The position numbers were made by a program, and so were the translations under genes. A stretch of DNA of 64,000 nucleotides from the NCBI GenBank assembly GCA_039193985.1, contig JBCCWG010000003.1, positions 12 to 64,011 of the forward strand, in the 5' to 3' direction. Position 1 is the stretch's first letter; the number at the start of each line of letters is the position of its first letter. This DNA is from Pseudomonadota bacterium. GTDB lineage: Bacteria > Pseudomonadota > Alphaproteobacteria > Rhodobacterales > Rhodobacteraceae. The notes under the pieces are model-generated. The model searched no databases. It was not told the origin of the DNA and saw only the letters and a list, made by a program, of their open reading frames with translations. This document shows, one piece after another, positions 46,561 through 55,945 of this stretch.

Positions 46561-48060
46561 ATGTTCGAAAACCTGTCAGAACGCCTCTCTGGCGTCTTCG
46601 ACCGGCTGACCAAGCAAGGCGCGCTTTCCGAGGATGACGTGAAAACGGCGATGCGCGAGGTGCGCGTGGCCCTGCTGGAGGCGGACGTTTCGCTGCCCGT
46701 GGCCCGCGATTTCGTCAAAGCTGTCACCGACAAGGCCACTGGCCAGGCGGTCACCAAGTCGGTCACGCCGGGCCAGCAGGTCATCAAGATCGTCCATGAC
46801 GAGTTGATCCATGTCCTGAAGGGCGACGAAGACCCGGGTGTTCTTAAGATCGACAACCCGCCTGCCCCGATCCTGATGGTCGGCCTGCAAGGTTCAGGTA
46901 AGACAACGACAACTGCAAAGCTGGCCAAACGGCTGAGCGAGCGTGAGGGCAAGCGCGTCCTCATGGCCTCGCTCGACACCAACCGTCCTGCGGCCATGGA
47001 GCAACTGGCCATCCTCGGGGTCCAGATCGGTGTAGACACGTTGCCCATCGTGGCCGGTGAAGACCCGGTCTCCATTGCGAAACGCGCAAAGCAGCAGGCC
47101 ACGCTGGGTGGATATGACGTCTACATGCTCGACACCGCAGGGCGCCTGCATATCGACCAGGAACTGATTGCCCAGGCCGCTGCGGTGCGTGACGTGGCCA
47201 ACCCGCGTGAGACACTTCTGGTGGTCGATGGCCTTACCGGTCAGGACGCCGTGAATGTCGCGACCGAGTTCGACGACAAGATCGGCGTCTCGGGCGTTGT
47301 CCTGACCAGGATGGATGGCGACGGGCGCGGTGGTGCGGCGCTTTCGATGCGCGCGGTTACCGGCAAACCCATCCGTTTCGTCGGCCTTGGCGAAAAGATG
47401 GACGCTATCGAGACCTTCGAGCCCGACCGTATCGCGGGCCGCATCCTCGGCATGGGCGACATCGTAGCGCTGGTCGAAAAGGCGCAGGAAACGCTCGAGA
47501 TCGAGCAGCAAGAGCGCATGATGAAGCGCTTCCAGAAAGGTCAGTTCAACATGAACGACCTGCGGTCGCAAATCGAGCAGATGCAGAAGATGGGCGGCAT
47601 GGAAGGCATCATGGGCATGCTGCCCGGTATGGGTAAAATGAAAGCCGCGATGGCGGATGGTGGCTTCGACGACAAGATCCTGCGCCAGCAGATCGCACTT
47701 ATCAACTCGATGACGAAAAAGGAACGTGCGAACCCCGGCCTTCTCCAGGCCAGCCGCAAGAAGCGCATTGCCAAGGGCGCGGGCATGGAGGTGAGCGACC
47801 TGAACAAGCTGATCAAGATGCACCGCCAGATGTCCGACATGATGAAGAAGGTCGGCAAGATGGGCAAAAAGGGCATGATGCGCCAGTTGGGCGGCATGCT
47901 GGGCGGCAAAGGCGGGATGCCTGCAGGTGGTATGCCCAGCCAGGCCGAGATTGAAGCGGCACAAAAGCAGATGGGTGCGATGCCCGGTGGGGGTCTTCCC
48001 GGCCTCGGCGGCGGCGCGCAGCTTCCCCCCGGCCTCAGCGGATTTGGCAAGAAGAAATGA
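46561..48060 (+). CDS. ffh: Signal recognition particle protein Ffh
   Basis: MFENLSERLSGVFDRL, GLQGSGKTTTTAKLA, DTAGRL, TRMDGDGRGGAALS and a Met-rich M domain. Confidence 0.95.
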   Translation: MFENLSERLSGVFDRLTKQGALSEDDVKTAMREVRVALLEADVSLPVARDFVKAVTDKATGQAVTKSVTPGQQVIKIVHDELIHVLKGDEDPGVLKIDNPPAPILMVGLQGSGKTTTTAKLAKRLSEREGKRVLMASLDTNRPAAMEQLAILGVQIGVDTLPIVAGEDPVSIAKRAKQQATLGGYDVYMLDTAGRLHIDQELIAQAAAVRDVANPRETLLVVDGLTGQDAVNVATEFDDKIGVSGVVLTRMDGDGRGGAALSMRAVTGKPIRFVGLGEKMDAIETFEPDRIAGRILGMGDIVALVEKAQETLEIEQQERMMKRFQKGQFNMNDLRSQIEQMQKMGGMEGIMGMLPGMGKMKAAMADGGFDDKILRQQIALINSMTKKERANPGLLQASRKKRIAKGAGMEVSDLNKLIKMHRQMSDMMKKVGKMGKKGMMRQLGGMLGGKGGMPAGGMPSQAEIEAAQKQMGAMPGGGLPGLGGGAQLPPGLSGFGKKK

Positions 48061-48611
48061 TCCGGCGCCCGCCCCTTCCCGATGGCATGGCGCCAGTCGC
48101 CTCCGCCATCCCGACGCTCGAGACTGAGCGGTTGGTTCTGCGCGCCCATACACGTGCGGACTGGGAGGCGTATCGCCCAATCCTGATGTCAGATCGGGCA
48201 CAATACATGGACGGCAAGCTGGACCATGAAGGAGCCTGGGCCTGCTTTGCCAGCGAATTGGCCAGTTGGGTGCTGGACGGGTTCGGGTATTGGACGGCAG
48301 CGCGCAAAACCGACGACAAGGCAGTCGCGTTTCTGGGCATCATGCAGCCGTCGGCCTATCCGGAAACCGAACTCGGTTGGATGACAACTGATGAGGGCGA
48401 GGGCAAGGGCTATGCATTCGAAGCGGCGAATGCCGTGCTGGATTGGGCCTTCGGACCGCGCCGCATCCCGACCTTGGTAAGTTACATCGACCGCGACAAT
48501 GCCCGGTCCATCGCACTGGCCGAACGGTTGGGTGCAAAGCGCGATGACGCGGCTGCGAAGTCGCATCCCGCAGATGTCGTCTATCGCCATCCAACGAGGT
48601 CTGCCGCATGA
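48057..48611 (+). CDS. GNAT (RimJ/RimL-like, Acetyltransf_3) N-acetyltransferase, paralog 1
   Basis: ATGA overlap with ffh. TERLVLRA...ELGWMTTDEGEGKGYAFEAANAVLDWAF...YIDRDNARSIALAERLG. Confidence 0.75.
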   Translation: MIRRPPLPDGMAPVASAIPTLETERLVLRAHTRADWEAYRPILMSDRAQYMDGKLDHEGAWACFASELASWVLDGFGYWTAARKTDDKAVAFLGIMQPSAYPETELGWMTTDEGEGKGYAFEAANAVLDWAFGPRRIPTLVSYIDRDNARSIALAERLGAKRDDAAAKSHPADVVYRHPTRSAA

Positions 48612-49117
48612 CGATGACGTTGCAGACCGAACGCCTCGTCCTGCGTCGCCCGAATGGCGGCGACGCGGACGCAATCATGGCCTTTTACAACACCGAACGA
48701 TCCCAGTTTACCGGCGGCAATCTTGGTCGTTTCAACGCATGGAAGCAGACCGCAGCCATGCTGGGCCATTGGGAGATTTCGGGCTTTGGTCTTTGGGCAG
48801 TGACCGAGCGGGGCCGCGACGACATCATCGGTCTTGTGGGGCCCTTCTATCCCGAAGGTTGGCCAGAGACTGAGATCGGCTGGGTCCTGTTTGAGGGCGC
48901 GGAAGGCAAAGGCTATGCGGTCGAGGCCGCCAAAGCCGCGATGGCGGATGCGCGCGCGCGGCTAGGCTGGCGTGAGATCGTTCACTACATCGCGCCGGAG
49001 AACAGCCGGTCAATTCGTCTTGCCGAAAAGCTCGGTGCGGTGCCCGACCCAAAGGCTGCAACGCCCAAGCCCGACGCCCCATGCCTCGTTTACCGTCAAC
49101 CGGGGACGGCGCAATGA
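48608..49117 (+). CDS. GNAT (RimJ/RimL-like) N-acetyltransferase, paralog 2
   Basis: ATGA overlap. TERLVLRR...EIGWVLFEGAEGKGYAVEAAKAAM...YIAPENSRSIRLAEKLG. Confidence 0.75.
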   Translation: MTMTLQTERLVLRRPNGGDADAIMAFYNTERSQFTGGNLGRFNAWKQTAAMLGHWEISGFGLWAVTERGRDDIIGLVGPFYPEGWPETEIGWVLFEGAEGKGYAVEAAKAAMADARARLGWREIVHYIAPENSRSIRLAEKLGAVPDPKAATPKPDAPCLVYRQPGTAQ

Positions 49118-49641
49118 CCGTCGAGTTCAGTATCCCCCGGATCGAGACCGAACGGCTTTGCCTGCGCCTGCCGCGCATGGACGACCTTGAGGCACATGCC
49201 GAGTTTCGCGCCTCCGAACGGTCGAAAGGCGTCGGTGGCCCGTTTGATTATGCTTCCAGCTTCCAGCACCTCGCCGGGATCATTGGCCAGTGGCACCTGC
49301 GCGGATACGGACGCTGGATGGTCGCCGACAAGGTGACGGACGAACCTTACGGCATTGTCGGCGTCTATCACCCCGAGGATTGGCCCGAGCCCGAGATCGG
49401 TTGGTCGATCTATGGCAATGCCGAAGGTCGGGGGATCGCTTACGAGGCCGCCCTTGCCACAAGGGACTTCGTGTATCGCACGCTTGGATGGACGCGGATC
49501 GTGAGCATGGTGATGGATGACAATGTGCGCTCGATTCGCCTGGCCCAACGGATGGGCTGCACGCAGACCGGTGTGTTTACGCACCCGGAACTGGGCAAGT
49601 TGAACATCTGGGTGCATCCCGCGCCGGAGGCCGCCGCATGA
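49114..49641 (+). CDS. GNAT (RimJ/RimL-like) N-acetyltransferase, paralog 3
   Basis: ATGA overlap (ATG at 49114). TERLCLRL...EIGWSIYGNAEGRGIAYEAALATRDF...DDNVRSIRLAQRMG. Confidence 0.75.
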   Translation: MTVEFSIPRIETERLCLRLPRMDDLEAHAEFRASERSKGVGGPFDYASSFQHLAGIIGQWHLRGYGRWMVADKVTDEPYGIVGVYHPEDWPEPEIGWSIYGNAEGRGIAYEAALATRDFVYRTLGWTRIVSMVMDDNVRSIRLAQRMGCTQTGVFTHPELGKLNIWVHPAPEAAA

Positions 49642-50219
49642 CCCCCCGCCACGAACGCCCCACCCCCGGCCCGGCAATGGCACTTGCGGCGGCAGTGGCC
49701 GCACAAACCCCGGTGATCACGACCGATCGGTTGGTCCTGCGCGCGCCAAAGCTTTCCGACTTTCCAGCCTGTGCCGAGATCGCCTGCGCCGAGCGTGGCC
49801 GGTTCATCGGCGGCCCCATGTCGCGGGAGGACGCGTGGGAGGAGTTCGCCAAAATGTCCGCCGGCTGGCTGTTGCACGGACACGGTGGCTTCGCCGTTGA
49901 GGGTGCAAAAAGCGGCACGGTTTACGGCTTCGTGGTCCTCGGCCTTGAGCCAGGGGATCAGGAGGTCGAACTTGGGTTTGCCCTGACCGAAGCGGGCGAA
50001 GGCAAGGGTATCGCCTTTGAGGCCGCACTGGCCATCCGGGACTGGGCTGCGCGCGCACTCGGACTGACTGGTCTTGTCAGCTACATTGACCCCGACAACG
50101 CCCGCTCCATCGCGGTCGCGACCCGGTTGAAGGCCGTGCGTGACCCTGTGGCCGAAGCCGCGCTCGATGAGCCGGGCACATTCGTTTTCCGTCATCCAAC
50201 GCCGGAGGTCGCCCAATGA
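49638..50219 (+). CDS. GNAT (RimJ/RimL-like) N-acetyltransferase, paralog 4
   Basis: ATGA overlap. TDRLVLRA...ELGFALTEAGEGKGIAFEAALAIRDWA...YIDPDNARSIAVATRL. Confidence 0.75.
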   Translation: MTPRHERPTPGPAMALAAAVAAQTPVITTDRLVLRAPKLSDFPACAEIACAERGRFIGGPMSREDAWEEFAKMSAGWLLHGHGGFAVEGAKSGTVYGFVVLGLEPGDQEVELGFALTEAGEGKGIAFEAALAIRDWAARALGLTGLVSYIDPDNARSIAVATRLKAVRDPVAEAALDEPGTFVFRHPTPEVAQ

Positions 50220-50515
50220 CCGATGCCGTCACCCGTGCAGCCGAGGTTCTGGCCGGCCACCGCGCAAGTATCGACAGGCTGGACGCCATACTGGTCTACA
50301 CGCTGGCCGAACGGTTTACCCACACCCAGGCGGTGGGCAAACTCAAGGCCGAACATGACCTTCCCGCCTCGGACAAAACGCGGGAAGCGACCCAGATTGC
50401 CCGACTGGAACAGCTGGCCAAAGACGCCGATCTCGACCCCGAGTTCGCCAAGAAATTCCTGAATTTCATTATTCAGGAAGTCATCCAACATCACAAGCAA
50501 CATCAAGAAAAGTAA
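50216..50515 (+). CDS. Chorismate mutase (AroQ class, monofunctional)
   Basis: ATGA overlap. 99 aa, [27 protein letters not shown].....P..D..RE. Sits in the conserved position before rpsP. Confidence 0.8.
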   Translation: MTDAVTRAAEVLAGHRASIDRLDAILVYTLAERFTHTQAVGKLKAEHDLPASDKTREATQIARLEQLAKDADLDPEFAKKFLNFIIQEVIQHHKQHQEK

Positions 50516-50529
50516 AAGGAAATCCAATC

Positions 50530-50955
50530 ATGGCTATGAAAATTCGCCTTGCACGCGGCGGCTCGAAAAAGCGCCCGTTCTATCGCATCGTCGCCGCCGA
50601 CAGCCGCATGCCGCGCGACGGTCGCTTCATCGAAAAGCTGGGCACCTATAATCCGCTTTTGCCGAAAGACAGCGAAGACCGCGTCAAGATGAACATGGAA
50701 CGCGTGCAGTACTGGCTCGACCAGGGCGCGCAGCCGACCGACCGCATCTCGCGCTTCCTCGAAGCCGCTGGCGTGGCCGAGAAGAAAGAGCGTAACAACC
50801 CGAACAAGGCGAAACCGGGCAAGAAGGCTCAGGAACGGTCGGAGGAGAAAGCTGCTAAGGCGGCTGAGGCCGAGGAAGAAGCACCTGCAGAAGAGGCCGC
50901 TGTTGAAGAAACCAAGGCCGAAGAAGCGCCCGCAGAAGAGGAAAAGGCGGAGTAA
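50530..50955 (+). CDS. rpsP: 30S ribosomal protein S16 with acidic Ala/Glu-rich C-terminal extension
   Basis: [44 protein letters not shown]. Confidence 0.95.
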   Translation: MAMKIRLARGGSKKRPFYRIVAADSRMPRDGRFIEKLGTYNPLLPKDSEDRVKMNMERVQYWLDQGAQPTDRISRFLEAAGVAEKKERNNPNKAKPGKKAQERSEEKAAKAAEAEEEAPAEEAAVEETKAEEAPAEEEKAE

Positions 50956-51258
50956 TCCGTCTTTTCGGCTTTGCTTCCCGGCTTCGGCCTCTTTCGCCGC
51001 TTTGTCACCCTGGCCCTCGTGGCCGGGGCGTTCTGGGTCGGCATGCATTTTGCGCGCTCCGGTCTGGACGACCGCTGTCTGTCAGCGGGCGGCACCCTCA
51101 GGTCTGACGGGTTGTGCGGGGGCTTGAGGTGAGTGCGCGGGCAAGGTGGATCGTGGCCCTTGCCTTGGCGATCATTGCCGGGTTGGCGATTGCCACGGTC
51201 GTGCAGTTGCGACCGCTGGTCGAGGCGACAAAGCTGATGGAAACGGAAGGCACGCGAG

Positions 51259-51783
51259 ATGTCCTCTGACCCAAGGGTTTGTGTCGGAGCAATTGCCGGG
51301 TCGTTCGGCGTGAAAGGCGAAGTACGCCTCAAGAGCTTTTGCGCCGAGCCCGAGGCCATCGACAGCTATGGCCCGTTGACGTCGGAAGACGGCGCATCTC
51401 AGTGGGACGTAAAGGTTTCGCGCGCCATCAAGAACGGCTTCGCCGCCCGCCTCTCCGGTGTGCGCACGAAAGAGGCCGCCGATGCATTGCGCGGCACCCG
51501 GCTTTACGCCCCGCGCGACCAGTTGCCCGATTTGCCGGATGACGAGTTTTATCATGCCGACCTTATCGGTTTGTCGGTGTTCGACACCGGCGGCGTGCAA
51601 CTGGGCCGTATCAAGGCCGTATTAAACCACGGCGCGGGCGACTTGTTGGAAATCGCCGTGAAGGGCGAAAAACAACCGGTTCTGCTGCCCTTCACGGTCG
51701 CTAATGTTCCGACGATTGACCTGGGGTCAGGCAAGGTCATTGCCGATCTTCCAGATGGTCTTCTGGGCAGTGAAGGTGACTGA
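51259..51783 (+). CDS. rimM: Ribosome maturation factor RimM
   Basis: [31 protein letters not shown], and a PRC-barrel C-terminus LLPFT...V..IDL..G. Confidence 0.9.
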   Translation: MSSDPRVCVGAIAGSFGVKGEVRLKSFCAEPEAIDSYGPLTSEDGASQWDVKVSRAIKNGFAARLSGVRTKEAADALRGTRLYAPRDQLPDLPDDEFYHADLIGLSVFDTGGVQLGRIKAVLNHGAGDLLEIAVKGEKQPVLLPFTVANVPTIDLGSGKVIADLPDGLLGSEGD

Positions 51784-51946
51784 ACTTCTGGGACAGCCAA
51801 GCGGATATCGTGCCGCATTTTGGATGCCGCAGCACGGGCCGGGTGCGGGGCATCATCCCGCCGCGCCACTCTGAATTGCTTTCCTTTTGTCCGAATCGTC
51901 CCTAGTTTCACCGCCAGAAAAACAAACCATCAGGGAGTGAATGGAT

Positions 51947-53137
51947 ATGAAACGTTTGCTTATGGCCACTGCGGCCACGGCGCTTTGCGCCACAGGCGCT
52001 TATGCGCAGGAAGAGATCAAGATCGGCATCATCCTCGGCTTCACAGGCCCGATTGAATCGCTGACACAGCAGATGGCGGGCGGCGCCGAGATTGCGATGG
52101 CCGAAGCCTCTGACTCAGGCCTGCTTCTGGGCGGCTCGACCGTGACCCCGGTGCGCGGCGATTCCACTTGTGTTGACGCTGCGGCGGCCACATCGGTTGC
52201 CGAACAACAGATCACCGGCGATGGCGTCAAGGCCATCATGGGCGCCGACTGCTCGGGCGTGACCGGCGCGATCCTGCAGAACGTCGCCGTCGCGAACGGT
52301 GTCGTCATGATCTCGCCCTCGGCCACGTCGCCCGGCCTCAGCCATGCCAACAATGAAGACAACGGCCTGTTTTTCCGCACCGCACCGTCGGATGCACGTC
52401 AGGGCGTCGTGATGACCGAAGTTCTGATGGAACAAGGCATCAACGAAGTGGCGGTGACCTATACCAACAACGACTATGGCAAGGGTCTGGCCGACGCATT
52501 CGAAGCGGCCTTTACCGAAGCCGGTGGTACGGTCACGATCAACGCCGCCCATGAAGACGGGAAAGCCGACTACTCGGCAGAGGTCGGCGCGCTGGCATCA
52601 GCCGGCGGTGAGCGCCTTGTTGTGGCAGGCTATGTCGACCAGGGCGGCTCGGGCATCGTGCGCGCCGCGCTCGATTCCGGCGCGTTCGACACGTTTCACT
52701 TCCCCGACGGCATGATCTCGGAAGCGCTGTCGGCAAACTTTGGCTCGGAGATTGACGGCTCGACCGGCCAGCATCCGGGCACCGACAGCCCGGGTGCCGC
52801 GCGCTTTGGCGAACTGGTGGGCGACGCATTCGACGCGACCTCGCCTTTTGCGGCGGAAAGCTATGATGCCGCTGCGCTGATCATGCTGGCGATGCAGAAA
52901 GCAGGCTCGGCCGAATCTGCAGACTTCAAGGACCACGTGATGGACGTGGCCAACGCCCCCGGCGAACAGATCTTCCCCGGCGAACTGGCCAAGGCGCTGC
53001 AGATCCTCGCCGATGGCGGTGACATCGACTATGTCGGCGCATCGGCTGTCGAACTGATCGGACCGGGCGAATCGGCGGGCAACTATCGCCAGATCGAAGT
53101 CTCGGGTGGCGAGATCACGACGGTTCAGTTCCGTTAA
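51947..53137 (+). CDS. Branched-chain amino acid-type (Liv/HAAT family) ABC substrate-binding protein
   Basis: Signal peptide MKRLLMATAATALCATGAYA, then EIKIGIILGFTGPIESL and FRTAPSD. The ATG at 51947 has better spacing to AGGGAG than the one at 51941. Confidence 0.85.
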   Translation: MKRLLMATAATALCATGAYAQEEIKIGIILGFTGPIESLTQQMAGGAEIAMAEASDSGLLLGGSTVTPVRGDSTCVDAAAATSVAEQQITGDGVKAIMGADCSGVTGAILQNVAVANGVVMISPSATSPGLSHANNEDNGLFFRTAPSDARQGVVMTEVLMEQGINEVAVTYTNNDYGKGLADAFEAAFTEAGGTVTINAAHEDGKADYSAEVGALASAGGERLVVAGYVDQGGSGIVRAALDSGAFDTFHFPDGMISEALSANFGSEIDGSTGQHPGTDSPGAARFGELVGDAFDATSPFAAESYDAAALIMLAMQKAGSAESADFKDHVMDVANAPGEQIFPGELAKALQILADGGDIDYVGASAVELIGPGESAGNYRQIEVSGGEITTVQFR

Positions 53138-53202
53138 GTCGGTTTGACTTTGAAAGCGGCCCGGGGCACATGCCCGCGGGCCGTTTTCGCGAAGGGAGCG
53201 CC

Positions 53203-53991
53203 ATGATCGTTGTCGAAGATCTCCACAAGCATTTCGGCGGTTTTCATGCCGTCGACGGCGCGTCACTGGAGATTGCGAAGGGCACGATCACCGGCCTGAT
53301 CGGCCCCAATGGCGCGGGCAAGACGACGCTGTTCAACGTGATCGCCGGGAACCTTGCGCCGACCCACGGCAAGGTCTTCATGGAAGGCGAGGAGATCACG
53401 GGGCTAACCCCGCATGAGCTTTTCCACAAGGGTTTGCTACGCACCTTTCAGATTGCACACGAGTTTTCGTCGATGACCTGCCGCGAGAACCTGATGATGG
53501 TGCCCGCCGCACAATCGGGCGAGGCGCTGTGGAACACATGGTTCGGACGCAAGCGCATAGCTGACGAAGAACGCGCGCTGCGTGCCAAGGCGGATGAGGT
53601 GATGGAGTTTCTGACCATCGAACATCTGGCCGACCACAAGGCGGGTCAGGTCTCGGGTGGACAGAAGAAACTGCTGGAACTGGGCCGCACCATGATGGTC
53701 GATGCACGCATCGTGTTTCTGGACGAGGTCGGCGCGGGCGTGAACCGCACCCTGCTGAACACGATTGGCGATGCCATCCTGCGACTGAACAAGGAACGCG
53801 GCTACACCTTCTGCATGATCGAACACGACATGGATTTCATTGGTCGTCTCTGCGACCCGGTCATTGTCATGGCCGAGGGCAAGGTGCTTGCCGAAGGTGC
53901 AGCAGACGAGATCATGCAGAACGAGGCGGTGATCGAAGCGTATCTGGGCCGGGGCTTGAAGAACAAAACGAACGTGGAGGCCGGGGCTTGA
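53203..53991 (+). CDS. HAAT-family ABC ATPase (LivG-like)
   Basis: GLIGPNGAGKTTLFN, SGGQKKLLELGR, VFLDEVGAGV. AAGGGAG RBS. Confidence 0.9.
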   Translation: MIVVEDLHKHFGGFHAVDGASLEIAKGTITGLIGPNGAGKTTLFNVIAGNLAPTHGKVFMEGEEITGLTPHELFHKGLLRTFQIAHEFSSMTCRENLMMVPAAQSGEALWNTWFGRKRIADEERALRAKADEVMEFLTIEHLADHKAGQVSGGQKKLLELGRTMMVDARIVFLDEVGAGVNRTLLNTIGDAILRLNKERGYTFCMIEHDMDFIGRLCDPVIVMAEGKVLAEGAADEIMQNEAVIEAYLGRGLKNKTNVEAGA

Positions 53992-54005
53992 AGAGAAACC
54001 CTTGG

Positions 54006-54063
54006 TTTTCATTGGCTCACAAGTATGCCGGGGTGAGGCCGCAGGCCGAGGGGCAGAGCCCCT
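54006..54063 (-). repeat. REP-like intergenic repeat, copy D
   Basis: ttttcattggctcacaagtatgccggggtgaggccgcaggccgaggggcagagcccctt. Same orientation and core as copy C. Confidence 0.55.
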
Positions 54064-54112
54064 TGCCGCGCCACTGGCGCGGCCCCGCCGCGCGTGCAAA
54101 GCGGGCGCAAAA

Positions 54113-54832
54113 ATGACCGCCGACCCTTTCCTCATCGGCGACCATATGACCGGGGGCTATGGCCGGGGCGGGCCGGACATCCTGCATGACTGCACCATCG
54201 CCGTCGGCGAGGGCGAGATCGCGGTCATCGTCGGCCCCAATGGGGCTGGCAAGTCGACTGCGATGAAAGCTGTCTTCGGCATGTTGAACCTGCGCGAAGG
54301 CTCGGTGCGGATCGGGGGCAAGGACATCACGCACCTCTCACCGCAGGACCGGGTGGCCGAGGGCATGGCCTTTGTCCCGCAGACAGCGAACATCTTCACT
54401 TCGCTCACCGTCGAGGAGAACCTCGAGATGGGCGCGTTTCTCCGCCGCGATGACATCAAGGGCACGATGGATCAGGTCTATGGCCTGTTCCCGATCCTGA
54501 AGGACAAGCGCCGTCAGGCGGCAGGTGAACTCTCGGGCGGCCAGCGCCAACAAGTCGCCGTGGGCCGCGCATTGATGACCCAGCCGCGCGTTCTGATGCT
54601 GGACGAGCCGACGGCGGGTGTCAGCCCGATCGTGATGGACGAACTGTTCGACCGGATCATCGAAGTGGCGCGGACCGGCATCTCCATCCTGATGGTCGAA
54701 CAGAACGCCCGACAGGCGTTGGAGATCGCCGACAAGGGCTATGTGCTTGTGCAGGGCGCGAATGCCTATACCGATACCGGGGAAGCGCTGCTGGCCGACC
54801 CGGAAGTGCGCCGGAGTTTCCTCGGTGGGTGA
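54113..54832 (+). CDS. HAAT-family ABC ATPase (LivF-like)
   Basis: VIVGPNGAGKSTAMK, LSGGQRQQVAVGRAL, LMLDEPTAGVSP. Confidence 0.9.
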   Translation: MTADPFLIGDHMTGGYGRGGPDILHDCTIAVGEGEIAVIVGPNGAGKSTAMKAVFGMLNLREGSVRIGGKDITHLSPQDRVAEGMAFVPQTANIFTSLTVEENLEMGAFLRRDDIKGTMDQVYGLFPILKDKRRQAAGELSGGQRQQVAVGRALMTQPRVLMLDEPTAGVSPIVMDELFDRIIEVARTGISILMVEQNARQALEIADKGYVLVQGANAYTDTGEALLADPEVRRSFLGG

Positions 54833-54871
54833 TGTGAGAGCGGATGACTTCGCTTCCTTCGGAAGCGATCC

Positions 54872-54928
54872 GCTGGGGGGACGCTGTCCCCCCAGACCCC
54901 CCTGGGATACTTCAGGACCAAAGATAGG
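54872..54928 (+). repeat. REP-like intergenic repeat, copy B (most divergent)
   Basis: G6/C6 hairpin ggggggacgctgtcccccc followed by cccccctgggatacttcaggaccaaagatagg. Same architecture and orientation as copy A. Preceded by a nested hairpin at 54838-54876. Confidence 0.45.
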
Positions 54929-55945
54929 ATGCGTGTTTTGGATCTGCTGAACGCCCTCGTCGCCTTTCTGAATTTCGTCTTCGTGCCTGGAATCGCGTAC
55001 GGCAGCCAGCTGGCGCTGGGTGCGCTGGGGGTCACGCTGATCTACGGCATCCTGCGGTTTTCGAACTTTGCCCACGGCGACACAATGGCCTTTGGCGCGA
55101 TGGCGACAATCCTGATGACGTGGTTCCTGCAATCGCTGGGCGTGTCCTTTGGCCCGTTGCCGACCGCGCTGCTGGCGCTGCCTGTTGGCATTGCGGCAAC
55201 GGCCCTGCTGGTGCTGGGCACAGACAAGCTGGTCTACAAGTTCTACCGGGCGCAAAAGGCGGCACCCGTCATTCTTGTCATCGTCTCGATGGGCGTGATG
55301 TTCATGATGAACGGGCTGGTACGGTTTATCATCGGCGTCGATGATCAGCGTTTTGCCGATGGCGCGCGTTTCATCATCTCGGCCCGCGAGTTCCGCGAGA
55401 TGACAGGGCTGCGCGAAGGGCTGGCGATCAAGTCGACCGCTGTTCTGACCGTCGTCGTCGCGATCATCGTGGTCGCCGCGCTGTTCTGGTTTTTGAACAA
55501 GACCCGGACCGGCAAGTCGATGCGGGCGTTTTCAGATAACGAATACCTGGCCCTTCTTTCGGGCATCAACCCCGAACGTGTGGTCACAATCACCTGGATC
55601 ATCGTCGCAGCCCTCGCCACCATTGCGGGCACGCTCTATGGCCTCGACAAGAGCTTCAAACCCTTCACCTATTTCCAGCTTCTGCTGCCGATCTTTGCCG
55701 CCGCCATCGTGGGCGGGCTGGGCAATCCGCTGGGCGCCATCGCGGGCGGGTTCATCGTGGCCTTCAGCGAGGTGACGATCACCTATGCCTGGAAGAAGGT
55801 GGCGGGCTATGTCGTGCCGTCATGGGAGCCGGATGGCCTCGTCCAGTTGCTTTCGACCGATTACAAGTTCGCCGTGAGCTTTGCGATCCTGATCGTGGTG
55901 CTCCTCTTCCGACCGACCGGTCTTTTCAGAGGGAAAGCGGTATGA
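54929..55945 (+). CDS. HAAT-family ABC permease (LivH-like)
   Basis: 338 aa, polytopic. YGILRFSNFAHGD and GKSMRAFSDNEYLALLSGIN. Confidence 0.9.
   Translation: MRVLDLLNALVAFLNFVFVPGIAYGSQLALGALGVTLIYGILRFSNFAHGDTMAFGAMATILMTWFLQSLGVSFGPLPTALLALPVGIAATALLVLGTDKLVYKFYRAQKAAPVILVIVSMGVMFMMNGLVRFIIGVDDQRFADGARFIISAREFREMTGLREGLAIKSTAVLTVVVAIIVVAALFWFLNKTRTGKSMRAFSDNEYLALLSGINPERVVTITWIIVAALATIAGTLYGLDKSFKPFTYFQLLLPIFAAAIVGGLGNPLGAIAGGFIVAFSEVTITYAWKKVAGYVVPSWEPDGLVQLLSTDYKFAVSFAILIVVLLFRPTGLFRGKAV

Noticed and set aside
46329-47102. N-terminal 258 codons of the 561-aa ORF 45417..47102
   Set aside because: Only the C-terminal 303 aa (from the ATG at 46328) look like a DMT transporter. The extension runs antisense through the ffh promoter and coding region.
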